Of a DNA stretch of 50,173 nucleotides, positions 13,001 to 26,376 are shown one piece after another. The DNA is from Intoshia linei (Eukaryota; Animalia; Orthonectida), in assembly GCA_001642005.1 (NCBI GenBank), contig LWCA01000122.1, forward strand, positions 1 to 50,173, given 5' to 3'. A model generated the notes under the pieces. That model was not told where the DNA came from. It did no database searches and worked only from the letters and a program-made list of their open reading frames with translations. Each line of letters begins with the position of its first letter. Positions within the stretch are counted from its first letter, which is position 1. A program made the translations under genes and the position numbers.

Positions 13001-16000
13001 CAACATATTCAACAGGAGTTTAATCAGGTTTTTTTTACATTTTGCATCAAATTTATTTTTATTATTGTTGAGTCGACGTCCTATACGACTCTAGAGCGAC
13101 AATTATCGATTTTTGTGATTAAATGTTATTAATGGTGGGATAAAAGTGGGGGTTTTGAAATAATAATAATGTTGCGGTCGTCTAGGTTCGGGATAATCAA
13201 CATATAGAAACTGTAATAAATATTAAAAATTTCCCATAAAAATAAACAAAAATGGATAAAAATGTTTTAATATTTGGTTTGTATCTCACGGACCTCCAGG
13301 CATATAATTTTGGATCCCAATCGGGAACCACTGTTTTAATGTATACATTATTTATTTAACTGAATTCTGTTAACGAGGAATTAGCTTGTATTATGATTTT
13401 TATATTTTTTTAGTTTTTAGTCATTGGACATTTTCGAAAATATATATTTTTTTCTCATGAAAACTTAAGATGCGCTCAAATTTTTGTTTATTTTACAAGT
13501 GCGTCCTGAAGTAAAAAAGCTTAAGAATCACTGATCCACAGGCTACGACAATTCATTTTTTTATGATCGAAAATTTTTATACTGTAAATTGTAAAGAGAA
13601 CTGTAAACTTTATTAATTAGTCTTTAATTAAGACTCTTTAACCCTCTTTAATCGTGCCTTCAAAATCTTATTTCGAAATTGAATTATTTAACGTTTTGTA
13701 ACTATGAAATGACTACATTATGAGTAAACATAATTATATATTATAATTTCACAAACTTTATACTAATTAATAAATTTAGGAAAAGAAAAAATATGAAGAA
13801 CAGTTTGATTATCTCCAATCTGAAATATCACGTGTTACATCCTCACTTGTCGATGAACAAAATGCTCACACTCAAACCCAATTGAAACTGGAAAAACTTA
13901 AAAAAGAAGTACACGTTTACAGAAAATCTGGAATATTACTTGACAGTTCTAAATCTAGCAAATCTAATGACATGTGGGATGAAGCTACCACTATAACTAG
14001 GGATTTGGACACGACAAACAGTTCGAATCTGGGTAGTATGCACGAAATTCATATTTCAAGTAATTTCGAAATTTTTATTAAAATTGATATTTTCGAAAAG
14101 TTTTTATGTTTGATATAATAATATAAATGGTCGTTCTTTGTGTCAGTGTTATCAAATTTTCGGAAAAAACATTTCACTTAATGCAAAATAAATGAAACGT
14201 TTTTCTTGATTCAATTCTTTCTTTCTATTTTAATTTTTTATGTGCAGATATTGTCCGTGATATTTATTCGACCCAAAATATCAATATGATTAATATTTAT
14301 TTTTTTATTTGTTTTTGTGAACCAATAAAAATTTTCAAGATTGCAAGAATTAAATTTTATCATAAAAACTGAGTATTTTGTAAATTTTTTACATTTAAAT
14401 TATTTTTGAATTGCATTTAATTTCAGATGTAATTGTATTTATATTAAATATGCTAATTTCATGTTTTATGAAATTTTAATTAAACTTTACAGGTTTTAAT
14501 TAAATATTTTTATAGCGTTAAGTTCATCTCGTTAGTTTTCATTGAATATACACTGAGTATATACAGACATATCATATATTTATATATTTAGATTGATAAG
14601 ATAAGATTGATTCATATAATTTGTTTCCAAGTGTTATATAAGACTAAATAAAATTAAAGTATATGATATCCTCCGTTATTAGCCCAAAATGGAGTTTTGA
14701 AATCTCAGGCGAATAACGGAATATAATAATTATATTTTGTTTTTATTTTTTTAAAAATATTTTCCAAAAAAGAGACTTTCTTCGTCAATTAATTTCCAAT
14801 AATGTCTAATATTTCAGATAATTACTAAGAATTACCAAATGTAACTATACTGAACAATACTTTTCCATGTTTAAAAAAAAGTGCTAATGGGAATATATGA
14901 ATGTATATAAAATTTTTGATTTTAAATCATTTCCATCATATCGGTATTGAAAATGATGGAACTGCTTCAATATAGACTTAAGTTTTTCAAAAATTTATGT
15001 AATGAATTTTTTAATATTTAGCTACTGATGAAAGAGACATTATATGTGAATGGTTGTCAATACGTTTGCTTGATTTAAATGACAGAAAAAAGAAAAAAAT
15101 GAAAAAAAAGGGAATAAATTGGCAGTCATTTTACACTATTATGAACTCCAAGAATATAATGATTTACCAAGAAGAATTTTCTCCAGACTCTATCAACGCA
15201 CCACCTGTTTGTACTATCGACTTATCGTAATATTAGTTTTATGAAATTTTTATCTTAAACCTTTTAGATTTGTGTATCATATCCGATCTGTTAATGAGAG
15301 TGATTATTATCGTGTACCAAAGGATGACATTTCAAAAATTTTTCAAGTAATTTTGAAATATTTGGAAATTGATGGTATGGGAATTTAAACAACCGACTAC
15401 TTATTATATATTATTATTGGATTATTGGATGAAATACATTTCATTATTATTTATTTTAACAATTCGTGTGAATCATTTTTGAGTTTTGAGTATACGGGTT
15501 GAATTATTTTCATAATTCTCTACTGGTACCGTTTGTATAAAGGCGCAGTTTCGCGGCACATTTTATTATACTTATTTTACTAGGAACAAGACATTTTTGT
15601 ACTCTATAATAATTATTTTAATTAGATATTATACGATTCCCGTGGAGAAAGAATTGCCAATACTGATTTTAAATTTTCATCTCAAACCCCTTCTCCTAGT
15701 TCATCGAAATCTGCTCGAGTTGTACGTAACCATAATTTGGTGGAACTTGATTACCGACTCTTGACAAGTTGTGATTATTGTCAATCTACCCATTTTACCA
15801 CACTTATATCCGGCGGAGCAGCCTATGAGTGCACGAGTAATTTTTATTAGTCATGTTTAAAAATATTTTATATTATACATGATATTAGATTGTAAATCAA
15901 AATTCCACAAATCTCATCTTCAAAAAGAAAAAATACCTAGATGTGCTGGTTTGAATATATAGTTAGTTTTAAATATAAATTTATGTTTAGCTACCATTAC

Positions 16001-16561
16001 AAATACCGACACTGCCAGAGAATTAATATTAATGGCGACCGGTGAATCTAAAAAACAAAGATGGATAGAATCTATATCTAAACGTGTCGCATTGATTCGG
16101 GTCAGTGACATGACAAATTTAAAACATAATTCAGTCATTATGCCATCACTTGCTGGTTCAACCGATTCTCTTAATAGGTTATTTCATTTTTATTTGAATT
16201 TAATGTAATTCAAACGACAATGGGAATTGTATTTTAGTTATGGTTGAAAAATTGTTTTCTTTAATCCAGGTAATGAGTTAGTTACTAAATCCTTTAGACC
16301 AGGGATCATCAAACCTTTTTTGCTGTTGATCCCAATTTACAAAACGAAAATCCCATGAACCCTAAAAATAATAAAATTCATAATAAAAGTCTAAAATGCG
16401 TGTCTATGTAGTTTACAAATTATATTATATAATTTTAATTTTATTTTAGCTTGAGAATTTCATCATCAAAATATGGTTCAACTAATAATATTAATCGCAC
16501 AGAATCAATGTATAGTCGTGGCAAAGAATCCGCGAACGACACTTTAAATAGAAAAAAATAA
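10010..16561 (+). CDS. ROCK: Rho-associated coiled-coil protein kinase (ROCK/Rok/LET-502)
   Basis: Exons 10010-12868, 12905-13027, 13780-14032, 15022-15226, 15268-15346, 15626-15836, 15889-15948, 15991-16177 and 16450-16561. Features: AGC kinase (GRGAYGEV, HRDIKPDN, DFG, GTPDYISPEVL, LPFVGFTY), long coiled coil, Rho-binding KLQAIAKLSEVM, split PH domain with inserted C1 (H...CDYC...ECTNCKSKFHKSH...C). Confidence 0.96.
13066..13202. mobile_element. Short TGT...ACA-ended MITE-like insertion in ROCK intron 2
   Basis: Ends TGTTGA.../...TCAACA with imperfect internal complementarity (CCTATACGAC vs GTCGTCTAGG); no clean TSD. Confidence 0.3.
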
Positions 16562-17304
16562 AAAATTCTTTTGACCGATTTTAATGTCACATCTCATTTA
16601 CCCATTTTATGAAATTAATGATTAAAAATTTACATAAAATTGTATTTAATTATAATAAAAGGGTTTCAGAGATTAATTTTTTAATATTGATAAATTTAAA
16701 TAATATTTTAATTGCATACTTAATTTTTATTACTCTTACATTTTAAACTTGATATAAAAATCGTTGAATAATTTTTGTGTAATTGAAAAATATGTTAACT
16801 TAATTTTTTAAAATTCTAAGACTTAGATTTCAATTAACTAAATAATGCATAATGTGTGGTTTGTGACAGTGAAGATGCAATTTATGATGCTCATGGTTTT
16901 AAAAACTGCCAAAATTTGTGTTTTTTAAAATTCTATGATTTTTCATTTTTAAAAAAAAGAGTGGTTTACGATTCTGTCCGTGAAGCTGGCAAATTTTGAA
17001 CTTGAAATTTATCTTAGTTTGTGGACCGGAAAAAATTGACTTTGAATTTTTGTTTTTAAAATTCATTGGACAATTCGTTTTCTCAATAAATATCGGACAG
17101 ATCATGGATTGGAATTAATTGATTGCAACCAATTTAATTGCAATTAATTGATAAAAATTATTGAAAATAAAATCAATTAATGGTTTGTTCAAAAATTATT
17201 TTTGCTTATGATGTGTATGAAAAAATATTTTCCAATTGATTGAAGATTGATAACAATATAATAATTTTTAAAAAACTGGTCATGTGGTTATAATGAATAT
17301 ACTA

Positions 17305-17343
17305 AGATGCTGTTTGTCCGAAGTACATAACAGTCAAGCTAGT
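17305..17343 (+). mobile_element. Helitron-like 3' terminus (hairpin followed by CTAG|T)
   Basis: CTGTTTGTCCGAAGTACATAACAG hairpin then TCAAGCTAGT; near-identical copy at 21704-21739. Confidence 0.55.
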
Positions 17344-18297
17344 AGGTTAAATAAATCATCTTTCTGGTGACACGCGTTTCTATTTTTTTAAAATTGCATA
17401 GAATAATGAAAAGTTGTTCATATTTTATTATTTATCAAACTATGGCCGTTGTATTGTATTTATTTGCAAAATAGTATTTAGAAAATAAATCATTTATTTT
17501 ATTTATTCTTTCGAATTTGGAAATACAATTGTTTCTGGAAATAAATAAAGCATGGTAGGACTGATTTGTATTAGAAAAATTAATATTTAGCAAAAAATTA
17601 ATTGGTTTATACAAAATAATTGATTCCAATCCCTGGGACAGGTACATATTTATTTTTTTGGACCATAAAGAAAACAAAAATTTTAAAGTATAAAAAATTT
17701 AAATTAAAAGTTTTTTTGTCATAAGATTGTTATAAGACATTATAAGTTTAAATATAATGTCGTATTTAAAAAATATTCTTTTTACAGCACGATATAACTA
17801 GTTATAGCTCTATTCAGTACACTGTAATTAGTACAGTGTACTGTTCTATATTTACTTATTTATGTTATCTAATATCGAAAATTTATATTTTAAGAATGAT
17901 TTATGAGATTTGAGATTTATTAGAGACAATGAGTGTGTAATCTTAAAAATAATAAAATTATAGTTACAACCCTACTAAATCGCCATAAATGAATCCCAAA
18001 AAAAATAAAATTGTAAATACCCACACTGATTTCTTTTCTCATTATAATGTAGTAAAATATATTCATTATTCTTTTTAGATAAGAAAAAATATTTTGTATC
18101 GACAATTAATGCATTCAATCTATTGAAATACATTTTTCGGGTTAAGAAGTTTTATCAAAATTGAAATAAATCTCACGTTAAATAAATAATACATTTTTAT
18201 CAAGTTTTACTTGACATAAATAAGGATAATAAATGCGCTGACACTTTTTAACAAAGCAATTGCATAATTTCATTTTTTACTGTAAAAATATAAATAT

Positions 18298-19582
18298 TGT
18301 CGTGTCGCAAGACACGAACGAGGCATGGAAGTAATATTTTTAAAGTTCGTTTCATATATATTTATAAATTTTATTGTCATATCAGAACTAATTATCGCTT
18401 ACATTCATAGTATGGTTTCCAATTTCAAATTCAAAGATTGTAACGAAAAACGTAAAGTGATAGAGTATTTAGAAGGGAATAGTGAATGTAATATGGATAG
18501 ATATGAAAAGTTCAGATTGAAGAACAAGTCTGTTCATTTTTCTGTGAAAAATGGTGAATTATTTTTTTTGAAAGTTTTGTAAATTTTGATTCCCTGCATA
18601 CGTATGCATTGTATATGTATATATATGTATAGTTTGCATAAAATCGGACATTGTGGAGTTAAGAAGATATTATAATCTTTTGTCAAATTTTTGAATTTTT
18701 ATCTAGACCAAACATCTGGCAGATAATTTATTTTCCAATATTAAGGAAAAGGATATTGCTACTTTTATAGCAGAATGTCCTCAGTGTCAAAAGAGTTATG
18801 GATTCACTACCGTTACTAAAATACGTCCCATTGTTACTATTCACATCCGTGAACGATACATGGCAGATTGTATTAGTCTTCTAGAATATCAGAATGTGAA
18901 TTGGGGCTACAAGTACATTTTGAATATCATTGATTGTTATTTAAAATTTATGTGGGTAGCTAAATTAAAAAACAAAAATGCAATTACAATGCGGGGCAAG
19001 TTTGAAACAATTTTTTTTGTTGGTCCGCCTAAAATATATATATAATATTATATATGCAATAGTATGAATGTCAGTATGGTTCACAAACGACCTCGTCAAT
19101 CTCAGGGACAAGTGGAACGGTAGATTTGAATTATCTATTTTTTGTATGAATTTAGTGCAAATCAAACACTTAAAAGGTGACTTGCTAAAAAATTGGATAT
19201 CAGTTATCACAAGTGTTGTTTGAAAGTACAATATAACTGTTCACCGTGCAACAAGAGACACATTTTTTAGTTTTTCACGGATGCAATGGATATTATTCGT
19301 TAGTGGCTACTACAATGGAGTACATAATTGCATACTCAAGAGGTACTCGGTTCGGATCCTTACTTGTCAAATTTTTCAGAGAAATGAAAATACTGGATAT
19401 TGAAGAACAAGATTAGATTAAGAGATTGCAACCATAGAAATGGGTTAGGTAAGATGTATAGGGTAATAGAAGAGGGACAAATATATGAGAATGTAAAAAT
19501 AAAACAAAAAATTAATAATATGTAAATTGACAAAAAAACGAAATGTTACTACCATGCGTCGTTATTTTTATGCGACACGACA
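18298..19582 (+). mobile_element. Ginger-type (Ginger2/TDD-like) DNA transposon with a decayed, intron-containing rve integrase
   Basis: About 42-bp imperfect TIRs starting TGTCGTGTCGCA; 5-bp TSD AATAT (18293-18297 and 19583-19587). HHCC finger (LHKIGHCG...ECPQCQK), RERYMADC...YILNIIDC, QSQGQVER/ANQTLKR, YNITVHRAT; stop codons present. Confidence 0.85.
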
Positions 19583-19743
19583 AATATTATATAGAACAAT
19601 TTTAACAATTACATTTTATTTGATTTATAATTACATTTTATACAATAAAAATCAAAACTTCCTACGCTTTTAGCGAATGGAAAAAATGACAATTTTTAAT
19701 TAAACGTTAAGCATAAATTAATTATTACATAAAATTACGTCAA

Positions 19744-22065
19744 ATGGAAGAAAATATGCAGCACACCAATTTGAATTATACGGAATCAGAATTGTTGACA
19801 AAAATTGAACTTTTAGAAAGCAAAAATAGATTATTATTAGATAAAATTGAAAATATTGAACGAGAAAAGGCTTCAATGAAAAATCAAATTGATTATATGA
19901 CAAAAACTAACGAAAATATCTTAAAAGAGGCTACATCTTTCAATAAAATACTAAGAGAGGAACGCGAAAAAAAAATTGTGGTAATAGCTTTTTATCGTTA
20001 TATTACTGCTTTTTACTGCAAAATATATTCAGTCACACCTACATGTTTGAATCACCAGAAAAGGTTATTAAATTATGTTCATATATGACATATAGACCTA
20101 GTATCTATCCACAGACCTGGATTCGACAGTTATTATGTTGATAGTTCTTTTTTAAATATTAAATTTGGAAAACTGAAATATTTTTCTACTTTCGTCCCTT
20201 CCTTAAGACGATTTCTGTTGGGTAGGTTCGGTTATGAATAAATTGTTATGCTTTTGTGATTACACTTATGTAATTTTCTAGATTTGTGATGTAGTTATTA
20301 CACTAATAATATTTTTACTAATATAAATATTGTTCAAATTAAGACTTTGAGTACTAAGCACTCTTTTCTCAGACGATCTCAGTGGCGACTATGGATCATC
20401 GAGGTTACTCTGGATTGATTTATTATACATTTGTATATCTACTCTGGATATTCCAAATGAAATAATTAAGTCGAGCTTAACAATTTATTTTAATTTCGTA
20501 AATAAAAATTTTTCATTAATGCCTCATCGTGCAACGTTACGTAATCAATATTTTTATTTTTTCCGAAAATTGCGAAAACCCACCAGAAAATTTGGTTAAT
20601 TTAAATAGAATTCAGTTTTTGAAAGTACTATTTCAATTGTAACAATTGTACATAACGTAACCGTTTAAAAAATTTCCTCGTTTATCATTAATTTTAACAA
20701 AATCACAAAACCATTTAAAATGTGTAATGACTATCTCAATCAAGGACAGCTTAAACCTAAAAAAAAATAAAACTTGAACTCTGGTTTAATCTGTACTTGT
20801 CTCAATATATTTATGTAAATTATATTTAATGTATACCAAAGACAATTGAAAAATTGATAAGCGTTATGTCTAATGTGAACCCAAATAAGAAAAATGTCAC
20901 CGAGAAATTGACAAAATTTCAACTAGAAATTCAAAATCTGAATAAAAACCATAATCGGGTAATTTTATATTTATCTATGAACATTAATTTAACAATTTTA
21001 TGCCATCAAGGATTCATAATACTACACTAATATGATTAAAAAATAATACACTACATTAAAAATTAGTGTGATTATTTATGTCAGTGGTTAACCAAATGCC
21101 TCAGTCATCCAACAATCTCAGAATAAATTTTTAATACAAGTACAACCGAATAATTGAGTTTTAATTCACAAATTATCATTTTCAAAATATTTTTTTAACA
21201 TTTAAATTAAAACTACAATAACGAATTACTAAAAGTAATACAACTTTGTTATTATCATTTTTATATTTATTAAAATCCTTTACGATATTGGTAAATTCAC
21301 CTGAAATATGTGTATAAATTTATAAAGATTCCGTTAATTATTGATAAATAATTGGTATTTTTATAATTTTATTTTTTCTGGAATTTATGCTATTTATGAC
21401 AATTTTTAGGATTGGACTGTTTTTACCTTATTTTTAATATTATACACACATTTTGTCAAATAAATTAAAAAAATGGGATAAAAATTTTTTTAAAATTCTT
21501 TACGCAAATTTTAAAACAAAATTAACATGGAATACTTTACTTTAAAGTAAAAAGTAATGTGATATGACGGTTCCACCTGAAACAAGTTTGGGGACCACTT
21601 CTTTAAAGGGTTAATAATAGTTAATGGTAGGATTTTTAAGTTAGATATTCAATGTGAATTTATTTTTTTGGTAGAATAAAAATGTGCCCTCGGCAAAGCT
21701 AGGTGCTGTTTGTACGTAGTGCATAACAGTCCACCTAGTTGTATTATATTATTATTTCATTTACTGTCATACAGAGAATAAATAATTGTAAACTTAAGAA
21801 GGGATAAGATTATTACCATTAAATTTATTTTAAAACGTTTGTGATTTTGATTACAATAATTTACTGCAAATTTTAGGAAAAATACATGTTTAATCAAGAA
21901 TTGAGTTACATGGAAGAAGAAGTATCAAAGCTAATTTCTCGATTAATTAATGAACAAGATGCGCACAGTGAAACGCAACAAAAATTTGAAAACTTGAAAA
22001 AGAAACTGTGTATTTTTAAAAATACCAATCCAAATATTGCTAGATCTAGCATATTCGAAATTTGA
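19744..22065 (+). CDS. 141-aa coiled-coil protein; kinase-less partial paralog of the adjacent ROCK
   Basis: Exon 19744-19980 (GTAATA donor) and exon 21877-22065 (TTTTAG acceptor) join in phase 0. Exon 2 EKYMFNQELSYMEEEVSKLISRLINEQDAHSETQQKFENLKKK aligns without gaps to ROCK exon 3. Confidence 0.8.
21704..21739 (+). mobile_element. Helitron-like 3' terminus, second copy
   Basis: CTGTTTGTACGTAGTGCATAACAG hairpin then TCCACCTAGT. Confidence 0.55.
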
Positions 22066-22916
22066 GACTTTAAATTATCTTGAAAAAAATTCTATTGTGG
22101 ATTTTATAGTCTGCAATTACAATATCTATTAATATTATTTATAATTGTTTCTAAAATAAGATTAAAATATAATCAATTAATTTGTAATGTCTAATCCATT
22201 AAATGATAAATTGTAATTGACGATAAAATATTATTTATTTAATATATCTGTTGTTAATTGTGCCAATTTTAGACTATTGAAATTTTATGATCACCATGGG
22301 TTTATTGACGAAATTAATGTGATTTATTAATTGGAATAAATTTTAAGCCGAAAATTTTTATTCGTCATCATAGATAAGTAGTTTTGGCTTTACATTTAAC
22401 AACAAATAAACTAAAATTGATAGTTCGTATTTTTTCGTCAACTTTAGATTAACCAATGGAAATGTTTAATATAATGGTGCAATTTTATTAATACAAATAT
22501 TAATAAATAATATTTTATCGTCAATTGCATTTTAAGTTTTATAAATTTCTCCAATGGATAATTTTATTATTTTAACATTACATTCAATTTATTTTTGTAT
22601 ATCCGTATAATTTTTGTTTTTATATTTAATCGTAATGCCTTAGGTATCAGTTTTGATGCTTCATGCAAATAATATTTCTTTAATTATTTTTAAACCATTC
22701 CAAAATCTAACGTATGCCATTAAAAGAACTGAATTATTTTTTAAGGTTGTATTTATTTGTACCAAATTGGTTGTATCAATATAAATTAATTATTGTATTA
22801 TATGTATGTATGTATGTATTATATGTACAATATAAATATATTGGTAATATTTTATCTTAAGTATTTAGAATGCACCATGTGTGAAAATCTTTTAAAAGAA
22901 ATAAAATTTAAAGACA

Positions 22917-25530
22917 TTGGGATGTATTCTCATATTGGAAAGTTTCAAAATATATTTATTGTTAAATCTAATCACACCAACCCAGATAGCATTACAATAT
23001 AAAAATAATGAAATGAAAAAATACGCTTCATATAGCAGAATATTAAAATATTATGAAATTTTTAACTTGAAAAATATTTATTTAGGAATAATGATCAATG
23101 CGAACAGTACAAAATTAATTTTTTCAGCATTTAAAAATAAAAAATCCAGAAAAAATAAAATATCTATAATTGATTTAACATTTATGAAAGAATTATCGGC
23201 AAATAATAAAAAATGGAGAATTTTTGATAATGTATTAGCAAATGGGAATATAATCTTGTCAATTAGAAATAATAATATTATACGTGGTTTTATTCGTCAT
23301 ATCGACACTATCATTCCAGTTGATGATACGGATCATATTTTTATTCAGTCAGGTACACATTTATTGCTGTATGATGAAAAATTGACCAATTTCACTACAT
23401 ATGTGAAACATGTCAAATTAAACACACCGATTAGATATGATAATAATATATTGAGTTTTACTTGCTCGAATAACTATAAAGATATTGCAGTACTCAATAG
23501 TGGCGTTTTCGCCATAAAGATGCCTGATTATTTTGATGGGGAACATCGTGAACATTTCACAGTCAGAAATGTATACACTCTTAGGAAACGTGTTTTGATA
23601 CAATTTGAGGTAATTTTAAAGATCTTAAATATTAATATCCATTTTGAGATAAGATTCTCTCATGACATAATAGGTACTATATTATACGTTTTTGACAGGA
23701 TTCATGTGAATTTTTAGGCAACCAATTTTGTTTTAATTAAAATTTTTTAGGGAATTTTTCCATAATTTTGGTAAAATGGCGACATATTGTCAAATTAAGC
23801 ACTTAAAAAATTATATTTTTAATATCGTAAGTGACGATTCGTAACTGTTTTGTTTTTCAAATTTAAATTATAAGTCCAGAGACCTGTGGAGAGGTTTCTA
23901 TGAATATTACGTATATTTTGCGTTTATTTTCGCAAGAAAATATTTTCAGTGTACGACCTACAGTGTACTTTTGTTAATTAAGTTATCCAGAAAATGTATT
24001 TAAAATAATTGTCCGTATGTGAATGCACACTAGTGAGTATCTAGTTTCACAATAGTGTTTATTTAGTTACACAATAACTCGTATATCAGTGCTGCTCATA
24101 ACTCTGTATTATATAATCTCTATGGAATACAAAAAAGTTTTTTACAAAAAATATTAAAAATATATATAAAAATGATTATAACACCCACAATTAATGTAGG
24201 GCATACAGATATAATGTATTAGAGGTTTACAACACGTAATTTAAAAATGATAAAATACATGTATATGTAGCAAAATAAGCTAGGTATATAGATTACATTG
24301 CAATGTTAACATTTTAAGTATTACACACGTATCGAATAATCGAATTTAATTTAAATTGAATATATAACCCCAAAAAAGTGCTGTGGACCCCGTTGAGAAT
24401 GCCTGCTTTAGACTCTAAACTAGACTAGCTTCGTCACTATAAGCTAACTGATACCATGTTTTCTCTTTAAACCTTAAATTCTGGTGAATAATTCTGAAAC
24501 GATTTTAAATTTTACTAATTTTAATTGTTTAGAAAAAAGACTTTAAAAAATATGGTTTAATAATAAGTGACAAAATATAGGAAATACAAAGTACTAAAAT
24601 ATAGAGAAACTGAATTTAAAATGATTCACCATGTATTTGAAACTCACACAATGTTATTAATATTTGATAATTGTCATGTTGAATATTCTTATGATAACGG
24701 GGATACATTTTCATATTTACTTTTAAGTTATAAAACATGTATTTCATATTTTGAAACATTTCACGATTTGGGAATTTCTTCATTCCGAACTACACACTCA
24801 TTTGGACTTTACTCATACTTGATTGTAAACTTTGATGGAATAAATTGGCGAAAAGCTATAGATAAATTGACATACGTTATAAAACTTGACACATATTCTA
24901 GTTACAGTATTTTTTATGGAATAAGTAAAAGTGAACTGTGATTATCCTTTGACGGTTGTAGATCTTTTCATTTAAATAATGATAATAATTTAATTTATAA
25001 AATAAAAAGATATTATGCTGAATATGATTCACTAAAATTCATTGAAACACAGTATAAAGTTAAAAATAACTCTTTTCTAATTTATGGTGATAAAAATCAG
25101 TTGTTTACCAATATATTCACCATCGAGAGTGTGCCAAAATGTCAAATTAAAGATTTTGATTACGAAATTAATTATATAACTTGGTTTTAAAGTATACACC
25201 AAGAGTATTATAAATAAATGCTGTATAGTTGACGATAAAGATTTAAGAATTCCAAGAAGAATTGTCTAAGTCAAGATTATGCATGTGCTTATGATTATAA
25301 AAGAAATTCAAAAAATTTGTGTGTTGCACGAACGCGATAAGTTCTTCATAGTAAAATAACAACATGTTTCAATGGAAAAATGCAAACAATTGATCGAAAC
25401 GGATACGAAAGGTTATTCAATAATAGTTATTATTACCAATTTTGTTGGCCACGATTTTTTCAATATAAAATTCCTTCCAAGCCTAAACCTAAACCTGTTT
25501 CGTGTTAAGCTCTTGAATCGAACCAATTAA
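22917..25530 (+). pseudogene. Divergent Vps10/sortilin-domain gene with disabling lesions
   Basis: Asp-box repeats YSYDNGDTF and L*LSFDGCRSF; 10CC-like region CQIKDFDY...CLSQDYACAYDYKRN...C...CFNG...NGYERL. In-frame TGA at 24939-24941, then further stops and frameshifts at 25190-25340. Linking the 22917-23717 ORF to this gene is inferred. Confidence 0.65.
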
Positions 25531-25693
25531 AGTTTAATAATATAAATAAAACGTTTGTTTATTCTTGTAATTAAATATTATGATTATAATAGTAATGTTT
25601 CGGAGATAATATTTACAATTTAATACATAATAATACAATTTAAAGTCTTGTTTATATTCTTGTGGTCTTGTGTACTCAATCCTAAGTTAGAAT

Positions 25694-26190
25694 TCCTAAC
25701 TTATATAATATGCTACGCGATTTTTGTTTGTGTGTGTGTTCCACTTTATTGAAATAACTACCAGTCTTAGAATTTTATAAAGTCCACATTTCAATTACAG
25801 TTTTCTGGGGGTGTTTGCAAAATAAATTTCAACCTCCCAAACTCACATCTTACGGATCAAAAACCCCAATTGTCCCTCTTTTTGAAAATCAAACCAGTTG
25901 GATAATTTAAAAAAATATATACGCTGATACGGATTTTAAAGTCATAAACATTATCATAAATTTAAAAAAATTAAAATTAAAATTAAAAAAATTATATCTT
26001 CAGGGCCAAAACCACAAATTAAATTCTTTATTAATGAAAACAGTCCTAGCATTTAAAAAATTTACAGGTCGTACAGTTGTATCCTGTTAAATTTCAATCC
26101 AAATAAGTGACGACTACGCGTTCAAAAAAGCATTTTAGTATTCATATATTTTTTTCCGAAATATTTAAAAAAAAATGTGAAATAATTAAT
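25694..26190 (+). mobile_element. Non-autonomous Helitron-like repeat, copy A
   Basis: Starts TCCTAACTTATATAATATGCTACGCGATTTTTGTTTGTGTGTGTG; highly similar to 32838-33157 (reverse), 45831-46420 and 48911-49590. Confidence 0.75.
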
Positions 26191-26376
26191 GGTGCGCAAA
26201 TTTGTACAATGTCACCGTAGAATTAATAAAAATAATGCGTAATGATTAGATACCTTAAAAACTTTTAAAACTACACTACACGGTACGATACATCTCAAAA
26301 ATTTATACTATGGTTAAAGATTTGTTTACATCTTCATCGTAACGTTTATATACATAGATAAAAACAAAAATTTAAA

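Noticed and set aside
14672-14720. TCCGTTATT...AATAACGGA hairpin in a ROCK intron as a possible ncRNA
   Set aside because: Only a short stem with no tRNA or snoRNA boxes; more likely a transposon subterminal remnant.
19170-24941. TGA at probable Trp positions (Ginger LKR*L and VV*KYN; Vps10-like EL*LSFDG), suggesting TGA recoding
   Set aside because: These occur only in elements that also have other stops or frameshifts. Intact genes use TGG for Trp and TGA as the terminator (22063, 33820, 44603), so G-to-A decay explains them.
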